Below, piece after piece: positions 17,756-27,292 of a stretch of 64,000 bases of DNA. Source of the DNA: Actinomycetota bacterium (lineage in GTDB: Bacteria; Actinomycetota; Acidimicrobiia; IMCC26256; JACPCJ01); contig JACPCJ010000099.1 of NCBI GenBank assembly GCA_016179865.1, positions 3,786 through 67,785 on the forward strand, given 5' to 3'. Each line of letters opens with the position of its first letter. Positions within the stretch are counted from its first letter, which is position 1. Both the position numbers and the translations under genes were made by a program. Below the pieces are notes generated by a model, which worked only from the letters and a program-made list of their open reading frames with translations, did no database searches and was not told the DNA's origin.

Positions 17756-19533
17756 GACCCGCCGCCCTCATCGGTGACCTCCACCGTCGCATCGAAGGCG
17801 TCGACCAGCCGCCCGACCGAGTCCCGTGGTGCCTCGGCCTCGGCGTCGGCCAGATCAACCGTCTCGTCTTCCTGGGCCTCGGGGGACGCCTCCTGTACGG
17901 TCGGCTTTGAACCGCCTCCCAGGAACCCCTCGTGCAGCTCGACGCGAACCAAAAGGCCGCCCCCGCCCATGGCGCCGGCGAGCGCCGATGCCACCCCTTC
18001 GGCCTCCTTCTCGATCTCGCTCTTGTGCACGGCGCCGAAGTTCTCGGGCAGGCCGAGCACGACGGTACGGCCCTCGATCCGGATCGGCTGCGCCTCGCGT
18101 GACATGGCCCGCAGACGCGGCCGCATCGCTTCCAGAGCCGACGGCCAGGCCAGCACAACTTCGTCGAGATCGAGCGGAGCGCCCGAGGCTGGGGTCTCAG
18201 CAGGGGGCTCGGGTTCGGGGGACGTCTCGGGTTCGGGCGGAGCCTCTTGCATCGGCTCCGAGCTCTGGTCGCGCACTGCGCCGAGAGCCGGGCGCGGACC
18301 CGACCGATCGGGGGTCGGCGACGTCGGTTCGGAAGCGGCGGGTGGGTGCACCGGCCCCCCCGCCCGCAGCTCGTCGAGGGCGCGTTCCAGGCGCTCTACG
18401 CGATCCACGAGCACCTCGAGCCGGCCACCCCCTTCCCGGCGGGCCAGGCGGACGAGGGCAACCTCGAGAACGAGGCGGGGATCGGGTGCCCGGCGCATAT
18501 CGACCGCGGCCTCTCCCAGCGTCTCGATGGCCCGTACGACACGCTGGTAGCCAAGGGCACGGCCCTGCTCGTCGAGTGCAGCCTCCTCCTCCGCCGGGGC
18601 GTCAACCCGAACCCGCCCTTGGGAGGCCGCCACGAGGAAGGCGTCCCGCAGGTGGCGGAGCAGATCGTCGGCGACCTGGCGGGGGTCGGCCCCGCCTTCG
18701 AGGAGGCCCCCGAGGGCATCGAGGGCACCCGCCGGGTCCTCGTCGGCGATGGTCTGCACGAGCGCGGCACGGCGCTCGAAGGGCGTCCCCTCGAAGAGGG
18801 ACCGGACTCGGTCCGCGTCGAGCCGCCCTTCGCTGAGGGCCACGGCCTGGTCGAGGAGCGAGAGGGCGTCGCGCCCCGAGCCCTGGGCCCGACGGGCGAC
18901 GAGGGTGAGGACGTCGACGTCGGCGTCGAGGCCTTCCTGTTTGACGACGCCCCCCACCAACTCCACAAGCTGCTCGGTAGGGAGGAGGTGGAACTGGAAG
19001 TGCTGCGTGCGCGACCGGATCGTGGGGAGCACCTTCTCCGGCTCGGTGGTCGCCAGCACGAAGACGACGTGGGGCAACGGCTCTTCGAGGGTCTTCAGCA
19101 GCGTGTTCGACGCCGCGTCGGTGAGCATGTGCACCTCGTCGAGGATGTACACCTTCCGCCGGCCGGGTACGGACAGGTCGACGCCCCGCAAGAGGTCGCG
19201 CATGTCTTCGACGCCGCGGGCCGAGGCGGCGTCTCGCTCGATGACGGTGGCCGACTCGCGCGCTCGGGCGATCTCCACGCAGGAGTCACATTCGGCGCAG
19301 GGCTCGCCGTCGGCGCCGGAGCCATCTTCACCGAGGCGGGTGCAGTTCAGGGCCTTAGCGAGGATGCGGGCGGTCGTCGTCTTGCCCGTGCCGCGGGGAC
19401 CCGAGAAGAGGTAGGCATGGCCCACCCGGTCCTCCCGCACGGCGTTGCGCAGCGCCGTGGTGACGTGCTCTTGGCCCACGATCTCGGAGAAGCGCTGGGG
19501 CCGGTACTTGCGGTACAGCGACTGGAAGGTCAT
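17752..19533 (-). CDS. dnaX: DNA polymerase III subunit gamma/tau
   Basis: SLYRKYRPQRFSEIVGQEHV, GPRGTGKTT, ILDEVHML, LLKTLEEP, TIRSRTQHF. Confidence 0.96.
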   Translation of the reverse strand: MTFQSLYRKYRPQRFSEIVGQEHVTTALRNAVREDRVGHAYLFSGPRGTGKTTTARILAKALNCTRLGEDGSGADGEPCAECDSCVEIARARESATVIERDAASARGVEDMRDLLRGVDLSVPGRRKVYILDEVHMLTDAASNTLLKTLEEPLPHVVFVLATTEPEKVLPTIRSRTQHFQFHLLPTEQLVELVGGVVKQEGLDADVDVLTLVARRAQGSGRDALSLLDQAVALSEGRLDADRVRSLFEGTPFERRAALVQTIADEDPAGALDALGGLLEGGADPRQVADDLLRHLRDAFLVAASQGRVRVDAPAEEEAALDEQGRALGYQRVVRAIETLGEAAVDMRRAPDPRLVLEVALVRLARREGGGRLEVLVDRVERLERALDELRAGGPVHPPAASEPTSPTPDRSGPRPALGAVRDQSSEPMQEAPPEPETSPEPEPPAETPASGAPLDLDEVVLAWPSALEAMRPRLRAMSREAQPIRIEGRTVVLGLPENFGAVHKSEIEKEAEGVASALAGAMGGGGLLVRVELHEGFLGGGSKPTVQEASPEAQEDETVDLADAEAEAPRDSVGRLVDAFDATVEVTDEGGGS

Positions 19534-19547
19534 GCAGTACCGCCGGC

Positions 19548-19650
19548 TCGGGCCAGGCGCCCCTGCGGCGCACGAGACGGCCCGCTGAGAGCTGCTTCCT
19601 CCCGGACCTGACTCGGTTCACGGGGCCCCGTCGCGCAGGACCCGACCGTC
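19548..19650 (-). ncRNA. ffs: Small SRP (4.5S) RNA
   Basis: Minus strand reads GTGAACCGAGTCAGGTCCGGGAGGAAGCAGC (helix-8 signature) within a long hairpin, upstream of dnaX; ends approximate. Confidence 0.9.
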
Positions 19651-19710
19651 ATCGCCGGCGGCACTCCCGGAGGGTATCAAGGGCACCGGCCCCCGATACC
19701 ATCCCCTCCC

Positions 19711-19798
19711 GGAGAGATGCGGGAGCGGCCGAACCGGCACGCTTGGAAAGCGTGTGAGGGGCAACCCTCCGGGGGTTCGAATCCCCCTCTCTCCGCCA
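19711..19798 (+). tRNA. tRNA-Ser(GGA)
   Basis: GGAGAGA/TCTCTCC acceptor, anticodon arm CACGC-TTGGAAA-GCGTG, long variable arm, GGTTCGAATCC, encoded CCA. Confidence 0.95.
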
Positions 19799-19810
19799 AC
19801 CCCGGCCGCT

Positions 19811-19861
19811 CGAACTTGGCTTCTTGGGACGCGCTATGGGCCGCCAGGGAGGCCAAGTTCG
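19811..19861. repeat. 51-bp palindrome (family C) after tRNA-Ser
   Basis: CGAACTTGGC / GCCAAGTTCG arms extended by G-U pairs; contains the caspase-like gene stop; first 15 bp repeated at 20902-20916. Confidence 0.75.
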
Positions 19862-20832
19862 GGAATGCTCGGGGGCGCCGGACGAGTCGGCACCACAGCC
19901 GGCGCCAGCCCCAGTACGAGGGGCTCACCGAGCTGGTCGAACATGACCGGCAGACGATTCGGATAGTCCCGGCGCATCGCCTCGACTGCCCATCCGAAGG
20001 CATCCTGCACGGTGTCGGCGTGGCCGCCCAGCAATGCCCCTCGGATCATGTATTGCACGAGGTAGGTCCGGTTGAACTTGTCATTCTCGAAGGCGAGGAC
20101 GCCCTCGGGGGCGGCGCCCGTGAGGATCCTGCCCGGGGCCAGGGCGTCGTCGAAGCCGCCCGCGTAGCAGCCGGCGATGTTGAGCCATGCCCGGCGCGCC
20201 GGCGTGCGATCGAGGAGGGCGTCGACTTCGGCGTCGAAGACCTCGTCTCCGTCGGCAAGGATCATTGCCTCGTCGACCTCCTCGCCGTCGCCATCCTCGT
20301 CGCCGGCGATCTCGCGAACGTGGCCCGAGAAGAAGAGGACCGCCGTGGCGTCCGGCCCGGCATTGGCCGCCAGCCAGTCGAAGGCCTCCCTGACCGAGCC
20401 GCCCGTCGCGTCGTGATCGAGGAGCACGCGCCGCTGGCTCGCCGGAACACCGCGATCAGCCAGGGCGGCGTCCATGTCACGGGCGTCGGCCACCCCGGCC
20501 CGGAGGTCGTGGTCGTCGCCCTCGTAGTCGTCGACGCCGATGGTGATCGCCCACACCCCCGTGCCCGTCGCGGCTTTCGGCGTTCCGGTGGTTGACGTGA
20601 CTTCTGGTGCGTTCGCCGTCGCACCCGGCGGCTGCGCTCTCCCGACATCGTTCCCGCTGGCGCCCGAAGGCGCGGTCGCGCTGCCGTCCCCCGAGGCCGC
20701 AACCCGGGCTCCGAGCACCTGCGTGACCGGCCCGGCTCCCGTCCCGAGGTCGATGACGGCGGCGAGACCAACCGTGCCCAGCAACAGCGAAATCGCCGTG
20801 CCGAGGACCCGGCCGGCGCGGGGGAATCTCAC
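19834..20832 (-). CDS. Exported caspase-like (peptidase C14) protein
   Basis: N-terminal hydrophobic segment; WAITIGVDDY..L..VADA, LFFSGH and IAGCYAG His/Cys dyad. Confidence 0.8.
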   Translation of the reverse strand: MRFPRAGRVLGTAISLLLGTVGLAAVIDLGTGAGPVTQVLGARVAASGDGSATAPSGASGNDVGRAQPPGATANAPEVTSTTGTPKAATGTGVWAITIGVDDYEGDDHDLRAGVADARDMDAALADRGVPASQRRVLLDHDATGGSVREAFDWLAANAGPDATAVLFFSGHVREIAGDEDGDGEEVDEAMILADGDEVFDAEVDALLDRTPARRAWLNIAGCYAGGFDDALAPGRILTGAAPEGVLAFENDKFNRTYLVQYMIRGALLGGHADTVQDAFGWAVEAMRRDYPNRLPVMFDQLGEPLVLGLAPAVVPTRPAPPSIPELGLPGGP

Positions 20833-20943
20833 ACGAGGTGGGTTCGCTCCCGAGCCGGTCTACACCTGCCTGGCTCAGCCGCGACTTCGCCCGTTTTCAG
20901 CCGAACTTGGCTTCTTTCGGCAGGCCGGTACGCTGCCGCGGTC

Positions 20944-21435
20944 ATGGCTGCCGGCCTCTCCCCCGAAGATCACCACCACCTCATGAGGATGGCGCTCGAA
21001 GAAGCGCTGTCCGCACTGACGCACGACGACGTCCCCGTCGGTGCCGTGGTGGCCGGACCCGACGGCACGGTCGTCTCTCGCCGTCACAACGAGCGCGAAC
21101 TCACGGGCGACCCGACGGCTCATGCGGAGGTCCTGGCCCTGCGGGACGCCGCCGCGCGGGCCGGCACCTGGCACCTCGACGGCCACGTGCTCGTGGTGAC
21201 CGTCGAGCCGTGCCCGATGTGCGCGGGGGCGGCGCTGTGGTCGCGGATCGACACCATCGTCTTCGGCGCGCCCGATCCGAAGGCCGGAGCGGTCGGAAGC
21301 CTCTACAACCTCGCCGCTGATCCCCGCCTGAACCACGAGATGGCCGTCGTGCCCGGCGTCCTCGCCGACGACGCCGCCGGCCTCCTCAAAGAGTTCTTCG
21401 GGGCCCGGCGCCCAGAAGCGGGACTCCTAGACTGA
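20944..21435 (+). CDS. tadA: tRNA adenosine(34) deaminase
   Basis: DVPVGAVV, DPTAHAE, TVEPCPMCAGA, GAPDPKAGAVGS, RLNH. Confidence 0.92.
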   Translation: MAAGLSPEDHHHLMRMALEEALSALTHDDVPVGAVVAGPDGTVVSRRHNERELTGDPTAHAEVLALRDAAARAGTWHLDGHVLVVTVEPCPMCAGAALWSRIDTIVFGAPDPKAGAVGSLYNLAADPRLNHEMAVVPGVLADDAAGLLKEFFGARRPEAGLLD

Positions 21436-21440
21436 CCCCC

Positions 21441-21525
21441 GGAGGGATGCGAGAGCGGCCGAATCGGACGGTCTCGAAAACCGTTGTGGCGCAAGCCACC
21501 GTGGGTTCAAATCCCACTCCCTCCG
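21441..21525 (+). tRNA. tRNA-Ser(CGA)
   Basis: Anticodon arm ACGGT-CTCGAAA-ACCGT, long variable arm, GGTTCAAATCC; CCA not encoded. Confidence 0.95.
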
Positions 21526-21532
21526 CCCGGCC

Positions 21533-21579
21533 GTCTGTGTCGCGTTAGGACGCGCATGCGCTCTTAACGCGACACAGAC
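21533..21579. repeat. 47-bp palindrome, family A copy 1
   Basis: GTCTGTGTCGCGTTA-N17-TAACGCGACACAGAC, perfect arms. Confidence 0.9.
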
Positions 21580-21589
21580 GCGGAATTCC

Positions 21590-23764
21590 CTACGGCGTGA
21601 ACCGGCGCAGGCGCAGCGAGTTCGTCACCACGAACACACTGGAGAAGGCCATGGCTCCGGCGGCGATGATCGGGTCGAGCACCCCGGCGGCGGCCAGAGG
21701 GATGGCGGCCACGTTGTAGGCGAAGGCCCAGAACAGGTTGCCCTTGATGGTGGTGAGGGTGCGGCGGGCCAGGGCGATGGCGGTGGCCGCCCCCCGGGGG
21801 TCGCCCGACACCAGGGTCAGGTCGCTGGCCTCGATCGCCACGTCGGTACCGGTGCCGATGGCGATGCCGAGGTCGGCTTGGGCCAGGGCGGGGGCGTCGT
21901 TTACCCCGTCGCCCACCATTGCGACGCGCAGTCCCTCGCCTTGCAGCTCCTTGATGACGTTGACCTTCTCGTCGGGAAAGACCTCGGCGACCACGCGCTC
22001 GATCCCGACCTCGTCGGCGATGTGCCGGGCGGGTGCCTCGCGGTCGCCGGTGAGGAGGACGGCCTGAAGGCCCAGACGGCGGAGCTGGCCGATGGCATCC
22101 TTCGCCGTGGGCTTGAGGGTGTCGGCGACGGCGAGGATCCCGAACACGCGATCGCTCCCCGCAAACACCACCGTTCGCCCCTCGGCTTCCAGCCGCGTCG
22201 CCGCCGCTTCGAGGTCGTCGGGCACGCCGTCGAAGAGCGACCGGCGCCCAACCTGGATGGCACGCCCATCCACCGTCGCCGTGACGCCCAGCCCGGGGAG
22301 GTTCTCGAATTCGGAGGGCGTAGTCGGCTCGATCCCGCGTTCACGTGCGCCAGCCACGATGGCCGCCGCCACGGGATGCTCCGACGCACTCTCGGCCGAG
22401 GCGGCCAAGAAGAGGATCTCCCGCTCGTCCTCGCCCGCCGCCGACTCGACCCCGACGAGGCGCATCTTCCCCTCGGTGATCGTGCCGGTCTTGTCGAGGA
22501 CGACAGCGTCGACGCGTCGGGTGGCCTCCAACACCTCGCCACCGCGGATGACGACCCCGAGCTGGGCGCCCCGGCCCGTACCGACCATGATCGCCGTGGG
22601 CGTCGCCAGCCCGAGGGCACAGGGGCAGGCGATGATCAGCACGGCCACCGCCGCCGTGAGCGTGTCGTCGGCGCTGTGGCCGGTGAAGAGCCAGCCGGCC
22701 AGCGTCCCGAGGGCGATGAGCAGGACGACGGGGACGAAGACGGCCGAGACCCGGTCGGCCAAACGCTGGATCGGCGCCTTCGACCCCTGCGCCTCCTCGA
22801 CGAGGCGTGCGATCTGCGCCAGCGCGGTGTCGGAGCCGACCTTGGTGGCCTCGACGACGAGGCGGCCCGACACGTTGATGGTGGCACCGAACACCTCGTC
22901 GCCCACCGCCACCTCGGCGGGCACCGGTTCACCCGTGAGCATCGAGACGTCGACAGCGGACGCGCCCTCGACAACCTGGCCGTCGGTGGCGATCTTCTCG
23001 CCCGGGCGCACCACGAAGCGGTCGCCGACCTCCAGGCTCGCAATGGGGATCTCGTCACCGTTTTCGAGCCGGGCCGTCTTGGCACCCATTTCGAGCAACT
23101 TCCGCAGAGCCGCGCTCGAGCGCGACCGGGCCCGGGCCTCGAAGAACCGCCCCAGCAGGATGAGCGTCACGATGGCGGAACCGATCTCGAAGTAGACATG
23201 GGCGTCGTCGCCGCCGGCCATCTCCGGGTCGGCAGCGCCGAGGAACAGCAAAGCGGCCACGGACCACGCGTACGCGGCGAGGGTGCCGAGAGAGATGAGC
23301 GTGTCCATGGTCGCCGTGCCGTGACGCAGGTTGACCACCGCCGCCCGGTGGAACCGGAAGCCCGCACCCAGGATCACCGGCGTCGACAGCCCCCACGCCA
23401 GCCACTCCCAGCCGTCGAACATGAGCGCCGGGATCATCGACATCGCCAGCAGCGGCGCGCTCAGAATGGCGGCCAGCCACACAGTGCGGCGCAGACGCGC
23501 CACCTCGGCGTCGTCGTCGGCCGCCTCCTCGTCGCCTTCGGGGACCGAGTAGCCAAGCGAGGCGATCTTCTCGACGAATTCGTCCCGGGAGGCGACGGCG
23601 GGGTCGTAGATGATGGTGGCCCGGGCGGCGGCGAAGTTCACCCCGGCTTGCTCCACGCCTTCGAGGCGGCTCAGACCCTTCTCGATCCGCCCGGCGCACG
23701 AGGCGCAGGTCATCCCCTCGACGTCGAGGTCGATTCGGTCACGAACGGCAGGCTGTGTCGACAT
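21590..23764 (-). CDS. copA: Cu(I)-translocating P1B-type ATPase
   Basis: [50 protein letters not shown]. Confidence 0.95.
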   Translation of the reverse strand: MSTQPAVRDRIDLDVEGMTCASCAGRIEKGLSRLEGVEQAGVNFAAARATIIYDPAVASRDEFVEKIASLGYSVPEGDEEAADDDAEVARLRRTVWLAAILSAPLLAMSMIPALMFDGWEWLAWGLSTPVILGAGFRFHRAAVVNLRHGTATMDTLISLGTLAAYAWSVAALLFLGAADPEMAGGDDAHVYFEIGSAIVTLILLGRFFEARARSRSSAALRKLLEMGAKTARLENGDEIPIASLEVGDRFVVRPGEKIATDGQVVEGASAVDVSMLTGEPVPAEVAVGDEVFGATINVSGRLVVEATKVGSDTALAQIARLVEEAQGSKAPIQRLADRVSAVFVPVVLLIALGTLAGWLFTGHSADDTLTAAVAVLIIACPCALGLATPTAIMVGTGRGAQLGVVIRGGEVLEATRRVDAVVLDKTGTITEGKMRLVGVESAAGEDEREILFLAASAESASEHPVAAAIVAGARERGIEPTTPSEFENLPGLGVTATVDGRAIQVGRRSLFDGVPDDLEAAATRLEAEGRTVVFAGSDRVFGILAVADTLKPTAKDAIGQLRRLGLQAVLLTGDREAPARHIADEVGIERVVAEVFPDEKVNVIKELQGEGLRVAMVGDGVNDAPALAQADLGIAIGTGTDVAIEASDLTLVSGDPRGAATAIALARRTLTTIKGNLFWAFAYNVAAIPLAAAGVLDPIIAAGAMAFSSVFVVTNSLRLRRFTP

Positions 23765-23777
23765 GATGCGTGTCACT

Positions 23778-23794
23778 ATACCCCCTACCCCTAT
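23778..23794. promoter_or_regulatory. Putative CsoR operator (copA)
   Basis: ATACCCCCTACCCCTAT just upstream of copA; same 17-bp layout as three other sites. Confidence 0.65.
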
Positions 23795-23815
23795 CTAATT
23801 CAAACGCCCCCGCGG

Positions 23816-24430
23816 TCAACCCCGAGCCTCGTCAACTTCTTCCAGGAGGTCGGCGGGCTCGACGAACATGGTCGAGTAGTCCTTCCGCCAGGCGATGTTC
23901 CCGTCGCCGTCCACGAGCACAAAGCTGTGCCCCGGAAGGTTGGCGTGGTGGCCCTTGCCCAAGGTGCCGTAGGCGGCCGACACCGCCGTGTCGGGATCGG
24001 AGAGGAACGGCGTGATGATGCCGAACCGCTCCATCTCGGCCTTGGCGTCGTCGACCGGGTTGGGAACGACGGGCACCATCGTGAGCTCGTCGCGCTCTAG
24101 GTGGGCAGCGTGCTTCTCGAGCTCGACCATCTGGTACCAACAGGCGTCGCAGCCCACACCCTCGCTGAAATAGAGGAGGACGTCTTGGCCCTCGTAGTCG
24201 CCGAGCGACACCCTGTCGCCCTCGGTCGACGCGAGCTCGAAGGCGGGCGCCGTACTCCCTTGCTTCGCCTCGTCGGAGGGGACCTCGGGCTCGAAGATCA
24301 CGAAGGCCGAGATCACCACGGCGAGACCGGCGGCGAAGAGGCCGAGGCGCACGTAGCTTCGGCGCTGCTGCTGACGCGCCCGCTCGAAGCGGCGGGCGGC
24401 CTTCTCAGACTTGGTCCGAGGTCGGGTCAT
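23816..24430 (-). CDS. Membrane-anchored AhpC/TSA-like redoxin (CxxC)
   Basis: One TM, APAFEL, VLLYF..GCDACWYQ, FLSDPD, FVLVDGDG. Confidence 0.8.
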   Translation of the reverse strand: MTRPRTKSEKAARRFERARQQQRRSYVRLGLFAAGLAVVISAFVIFEPEVPSDEAKQGSTAPAFELASTEGDRVSLGDYEGQDVLLYFSEGVGCDACWYQMVELEKHAAHLERDELTMVPVVPNPVDDAKAEMERFGIITPFLSDPDTAVSAAYGTLGKGHHANLPGHSFVLVDGDGNIAWRKDYSTMFVEPADLLEEVDEARG

Positions 24431-25334
24431 CGTGACACCTGTCCTTGGTCAGTCGGCCGACCGGGTCGGCGGGTTCGGTGGGCCGGGGACGGAGGGCCGC
24501 CATCACGAAGAAGGCGACCACGGTGAGCAGGGCGAGGCCGAGCACCGGCTCGGGCACCGGATCGAGCACCCGGTTGATCGACGCCGTCGTGCGGGCCAGC
24601 CAGCGGCCGATGGCGAGTTGGGCCTGCGGCGCGGCGGTGGTCTCACCCGTGACCCCGAGCACGAGCACGACCACACCCATCGCCGCAAATACCGCCGCCA
24701 CGGCGACGTTCATCACGGTGGTCCGGAGGCGCCAGGACCCGAGGTGCAGCCGAACCGGGCGATCGCCGAGCCGGGTCCGCTCCGACGGGCCGAACCGGTC
24801 CCGCGCCCACGCCATGAGGAAGAGGGGGAACGCCATTCCGAAGACGTAGGCGAGGCCGAGGCCGACGGCGCCGACGGTGTTCGAGGACAGGGCCGACAGC
24901 GTCATGATTCCCGCCAACACCGGCGCGCAACACGACGACGCCACTCCCGCAAACACGCCGAGGGCGAACATGCCGCTGCCGTCGGCGGCCTCCAGGCCCG
25001 GAGCGCGCACGAACTTCGGGAGGTGCCACGAGCGGCCCACGAGCGAGAGCCACGCCAACGTCAGGAGCAGCATCCCGCCGACCACGTAAAGGGCCCGGTG
25101 GTAGCGGGTGAGCCACGAGGCGATGAGGCCGATCCCGAGGGTGACGGGGACGAGCACGAGGGCCAGGCCGGCGGCGAAGAGGAAGGTCAACGGGAGAAGG
25201 CGCCAACGGCGGTTCTTCACCGCCGCCGCCAGATATGAGGGCAGCAGGAAGACGATGCAGCACGGGCTGAAGAGGGCCACGGCCCCGGCGAAGAAGGCGG
25301 CGATGACCGACCCACCGGTGAGGATCTGGGTCAC
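24405..25334 (-). CDS. CcdA/DsbD-type disulfide transport membrane protein
   Basis: AFFAGAVALFSPCCIVFLLPSYL and ASSCCAPVLAG; multi-TM; start at GTG 25334. Confidence 0.85.
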   Translation of the reverse strand: MTQILTGGSVIAAFFAGAVALFSPCCIVFLLPSYLAAAVKNRRWRLLPLTFLFAAGLALVLVPVTLGIGLIASWLTRYHRALYVVGGMLLLTLAWLSLVGRSWHLPKFVRAPGLEAADGSGMFALGVFAGVASSCCAPVLAGIMTLSALSSNTVGAVGLGLAYVFGMAFPLFLMAWARDRFGPSERTRLGDRPVRLHLGSWRLRTTVMNVAVAAVFAAMGVVVLVLGVTGETTAAPQAQLAIGRWLARTTASINRVLDPVPEPVLGLALLTVVAFFVMAALRPRPTEPADPVGRLTKDRCHDDPTSDQV

Positions 25335-25627
25335 GTCGTGCCAGCCTCGGGTTGGGCCGACGCCAGCGCTCGACGCAGCTTCTTGCGCGGGAGCCGGCCC
25401 CAACTGAACACGGCGCCGTCAAGGAGCACGACCGGCAGCATCGGAGGCCGGTGGTCACGCATGACCGCCGCGCCTTCCGGCGAATCGGCCGCCACCTCCC
25501 GGACCGCCAAGGGGAAGTCGCCCGCCAGCTCAGCCAGAGCTTCGAGGGCGTCGTCGCAGAGGTGGCACCCGCCGGCTCGCACGACGAGAACCTCGACGTT
25601 CGGGGTTACCCGGCCGGGATCGTCCAC
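25331..25627 (-). CDS. Glutaredoxin-like (DUF836-type) protein
   Basis: GCHLCDDA..PVVLLDG..WGRL..KKLRRAL; start uncertain. Confidence 0.7.
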   Translation of the reverse strand: MDDPGRVTPNVEVLVVRAGGCHLCDDALEALAELAGDFPLAVREVAADSPEGAAVMRDHRPPMLPVVLLDGAVFSWGRLPRKKLRRALASAQPEAGTT

Positions 25628-26061
25628 GTCGCCTCGGCCGGCTCCGGGGTCCCGGTCACGCGCAGCGTCACCCTCCCCTGCGCCGGGCCCGTGGCGGAGA
25701 AGCGCACGGTGCCGGAGCGGTGATGGCCGCTCGGGCCGTCGCCATCCCAGGCGAGCGGGTCCCACGCCTTGCCGTCGACGGTCAACTCGGTGCTGGCCAC
25801 GACGTCGAAGTCGAGCTCGACGGAGTGGGTGTCGAAGGTCAACTCGACCTCGGCCCCGGCGCCATCGATGCCTGTCAACTCGGCGATCACGGTGACCTCG
25901 CCCGCCTGGACCTCGCGCGACGGAAAGCTCGCCCCCGATCGTGGGCGCTCGGACGGGCCGCGAGCCGTCCCCACCGTCGGGTCGTCCCCGCCCGAGACGA
26001 CCAGGGCCACGGCGACTGCGAGGGCAGCGATGGCGAGCGCGATGATCAGACGACCGCGCAT
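25606..26061 (-). CDS. Exported hypothetical protein with His motifs
   Basis: Signal/TM MRGRLIIALAIAALAV; FDTHSVELD and GPSGHHRSG. Confidence 0.7.
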   Translation of the reverse strand: MRGRLIIALAIAALAVAVALVVSGGDDPTVGTARGPSERPRSGASFPSREVQAGEVTVIAELTGIDGAGAEVELTFDTHSVELDFDVVASTELTVDGKAWDPLAWDGDGPSGHHRSGTVRFSATGPAQGRVTLRVTGTPEPAEATWTIPAG

Positions 26062-26504
26062 TCGCGGGCCTCCGAGGGTTGGTGCAGTCCGGCGAGCCGC
26101 CTGGCGGCCACCGTCACCCCGACCGCGTTGACGCCGATCCCGAGGAGCATGAACGGAACCCGGTAGTCGAGGAGAAGGGCGGCGACTCCAGTCGCCCCCA
26201 CGAACGGGACCAGGTCGGCGATGTGGTGGGCGCAGCAGGCGACCATCCCGACCGTCGACGAGCCACTGCCCGCGCCGCCCGCCACCGCGGCCCGGCCGTG
26301 GAGGGCGCGGCGCCGGCGAAGCTCGGCGAGCAGGGCGACCTGGAGCCCGAAGCCGCCGATGATGGGGGCCAGGTAGTACCAGTCTCGGCGCGCCTGATCG
26401 ACCAGGTGGCCGAGCGAGCCGGAGAAGCCGCCGACGACGGCGACATAGAAGACGACGAGCCCTGCTGCGGCCGTTCCCCCGACGCGCACGCTCCGCCGGT
26501 TCAC
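26046..26504 (-). CDS. Membrane protein with MVACCAHH motif
   Basis: ~4 hydrophobic segments; Cys/His cluster; overlaps both neighbours. Confidence 0.75.
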   Translation of the reverse strand: MNRRSVRVGGTAAAGLVVFYVAVVGGFSGSLGHLVDQARRDWYYLAPIIGGFGLQVALLAELRRRRALHGRAAVAGGAGSGSSTVGMVACCAHHIADLVPFVGATGVAALLLDYRVPFMLLGIGVNAVGVTVAARRLAGLHQPSEARECAVV

Positions 26505-26746
26505 GGCCGACCTTCGGTGGCATCAGGCCCTGCGATCTCCTCCCGGTGGCCGGCGTGACCGCCGCAGTCGTGACCACCGCCGTGACCGCCGTGACCGCCG
26601 TGACCCATGAGCATCATGAACATCATCAACATGCAGCCGCTCATGGCGGCGATAACCAGGGCCGAGCCGAACGGCACACCGATCGCAACCAAGGCAAGTC
26701 CGATGACGACCGGTGCGAGCACGTGCATGGCGACACCCTTCGGCAT
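26501..26746 (-). CDS. Small Met/His-rich membrane protein (DUF2933-like)
   Basis: CMLMMFMMLMGHGGHGGHGGGHDCGGHAGH; GGGAG upstream of ATG. Confidence 0.75.
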   Translation of the reverse strand: MPKGVAMHVLAPVVIGLALVAIGVPFGSALVIAAMSGCMLMMFMMLMGHGGHGGHGGGHDCGGHAGHREEIAGPDATEGRP

Positions 26747-26852
26747 GAGCACTCCCTTCCACGGCCGCCACCCGAGCATCGGACGGGAGGAACCGGGCGC
26801 CTAGTGCCACAAGGAACGGGGGGCGCGGACCTAGGTCCCGAAGTGGGATCAG

Positions 26853-26869
26853 GTACCCCACCGGGGTAT
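26853..26869. promoter_or_regulatory. Putative CsoR operator between divergent copper operons
   Basis: GTACCCCACCGGGGTAT: TACCCC/GGGGTA palindrome. Confidence 0.75.
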
Positions 26870-26878
26870 GATGACGTC

Positions 26879-27250
26879 ATGCGCGTCCTGAGGAGCTGCC
26901 GGGGACGGCTGACGCTGACCTGGCTGGCGCTCTTCATCGCCGGGGGTGTGGTGCTCGCCCACGGCGTCGATCCCCACGCCGAGGCCGACGACCACCTGCT
27001 TGTGAACCCGGCCGCCCTCGCGGCCGCCCGCCCCTCCGCCCCAGGCGACGGCCCCGGCATCGCCCCGAGCCTCACGATGGGGTTGGGCGTCGCCCTGCTC
27101 GGCTCGATCCTCGCCTCCCTGTCAACCCGCGCCGTCGCACCGCGTGCGACCGGCCCCAGGCCCGTCGGACTGGCTCGAGGGCGAGCCGGCCCCAAGGGCA
27201 GCTCATCCGCTCCTGGTGACACCCTCCGACTCTGCGTTCAGCGCTGCTGA
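26879..27250 (+). CDS. Small membrane protein, possible regulatory leader
   Basis: Signal-like helix, His-rich loop, second helix, RAGP, C-terminal LCVQRC; ATG 10 nt after the operator. Confidence 0.6.
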   Translation: MRVLRSCRGRLTLTWLALFIAGGVVLAHGVDPHAEADDHLLVNPAALAAARPSAPGDGPGIAPSLTMGLGVALLGSILASLSTRAVAPRATGPRPVGLARGRAGPKGSSSAPGDTLRLCVQRC

Positions 27251-27292
27251 CCGGCGACCGCGCCCGTCAGTTCTGTCCGCGTTCGCAGCCAG

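Noticed and set aside
17752-19533. Programmed frameshift in dnaX
   Set aside because: No A AAA AAG or long A/T slippery run seen
21878-24100. Long antisense ORFs (also 3167-4711, 33348-35378, 37804-39951, 51342-53111)
   Set aside because: Shadow frames of real genes in high-GC DNA; Arg/Gly/Pro-rich with no motifs
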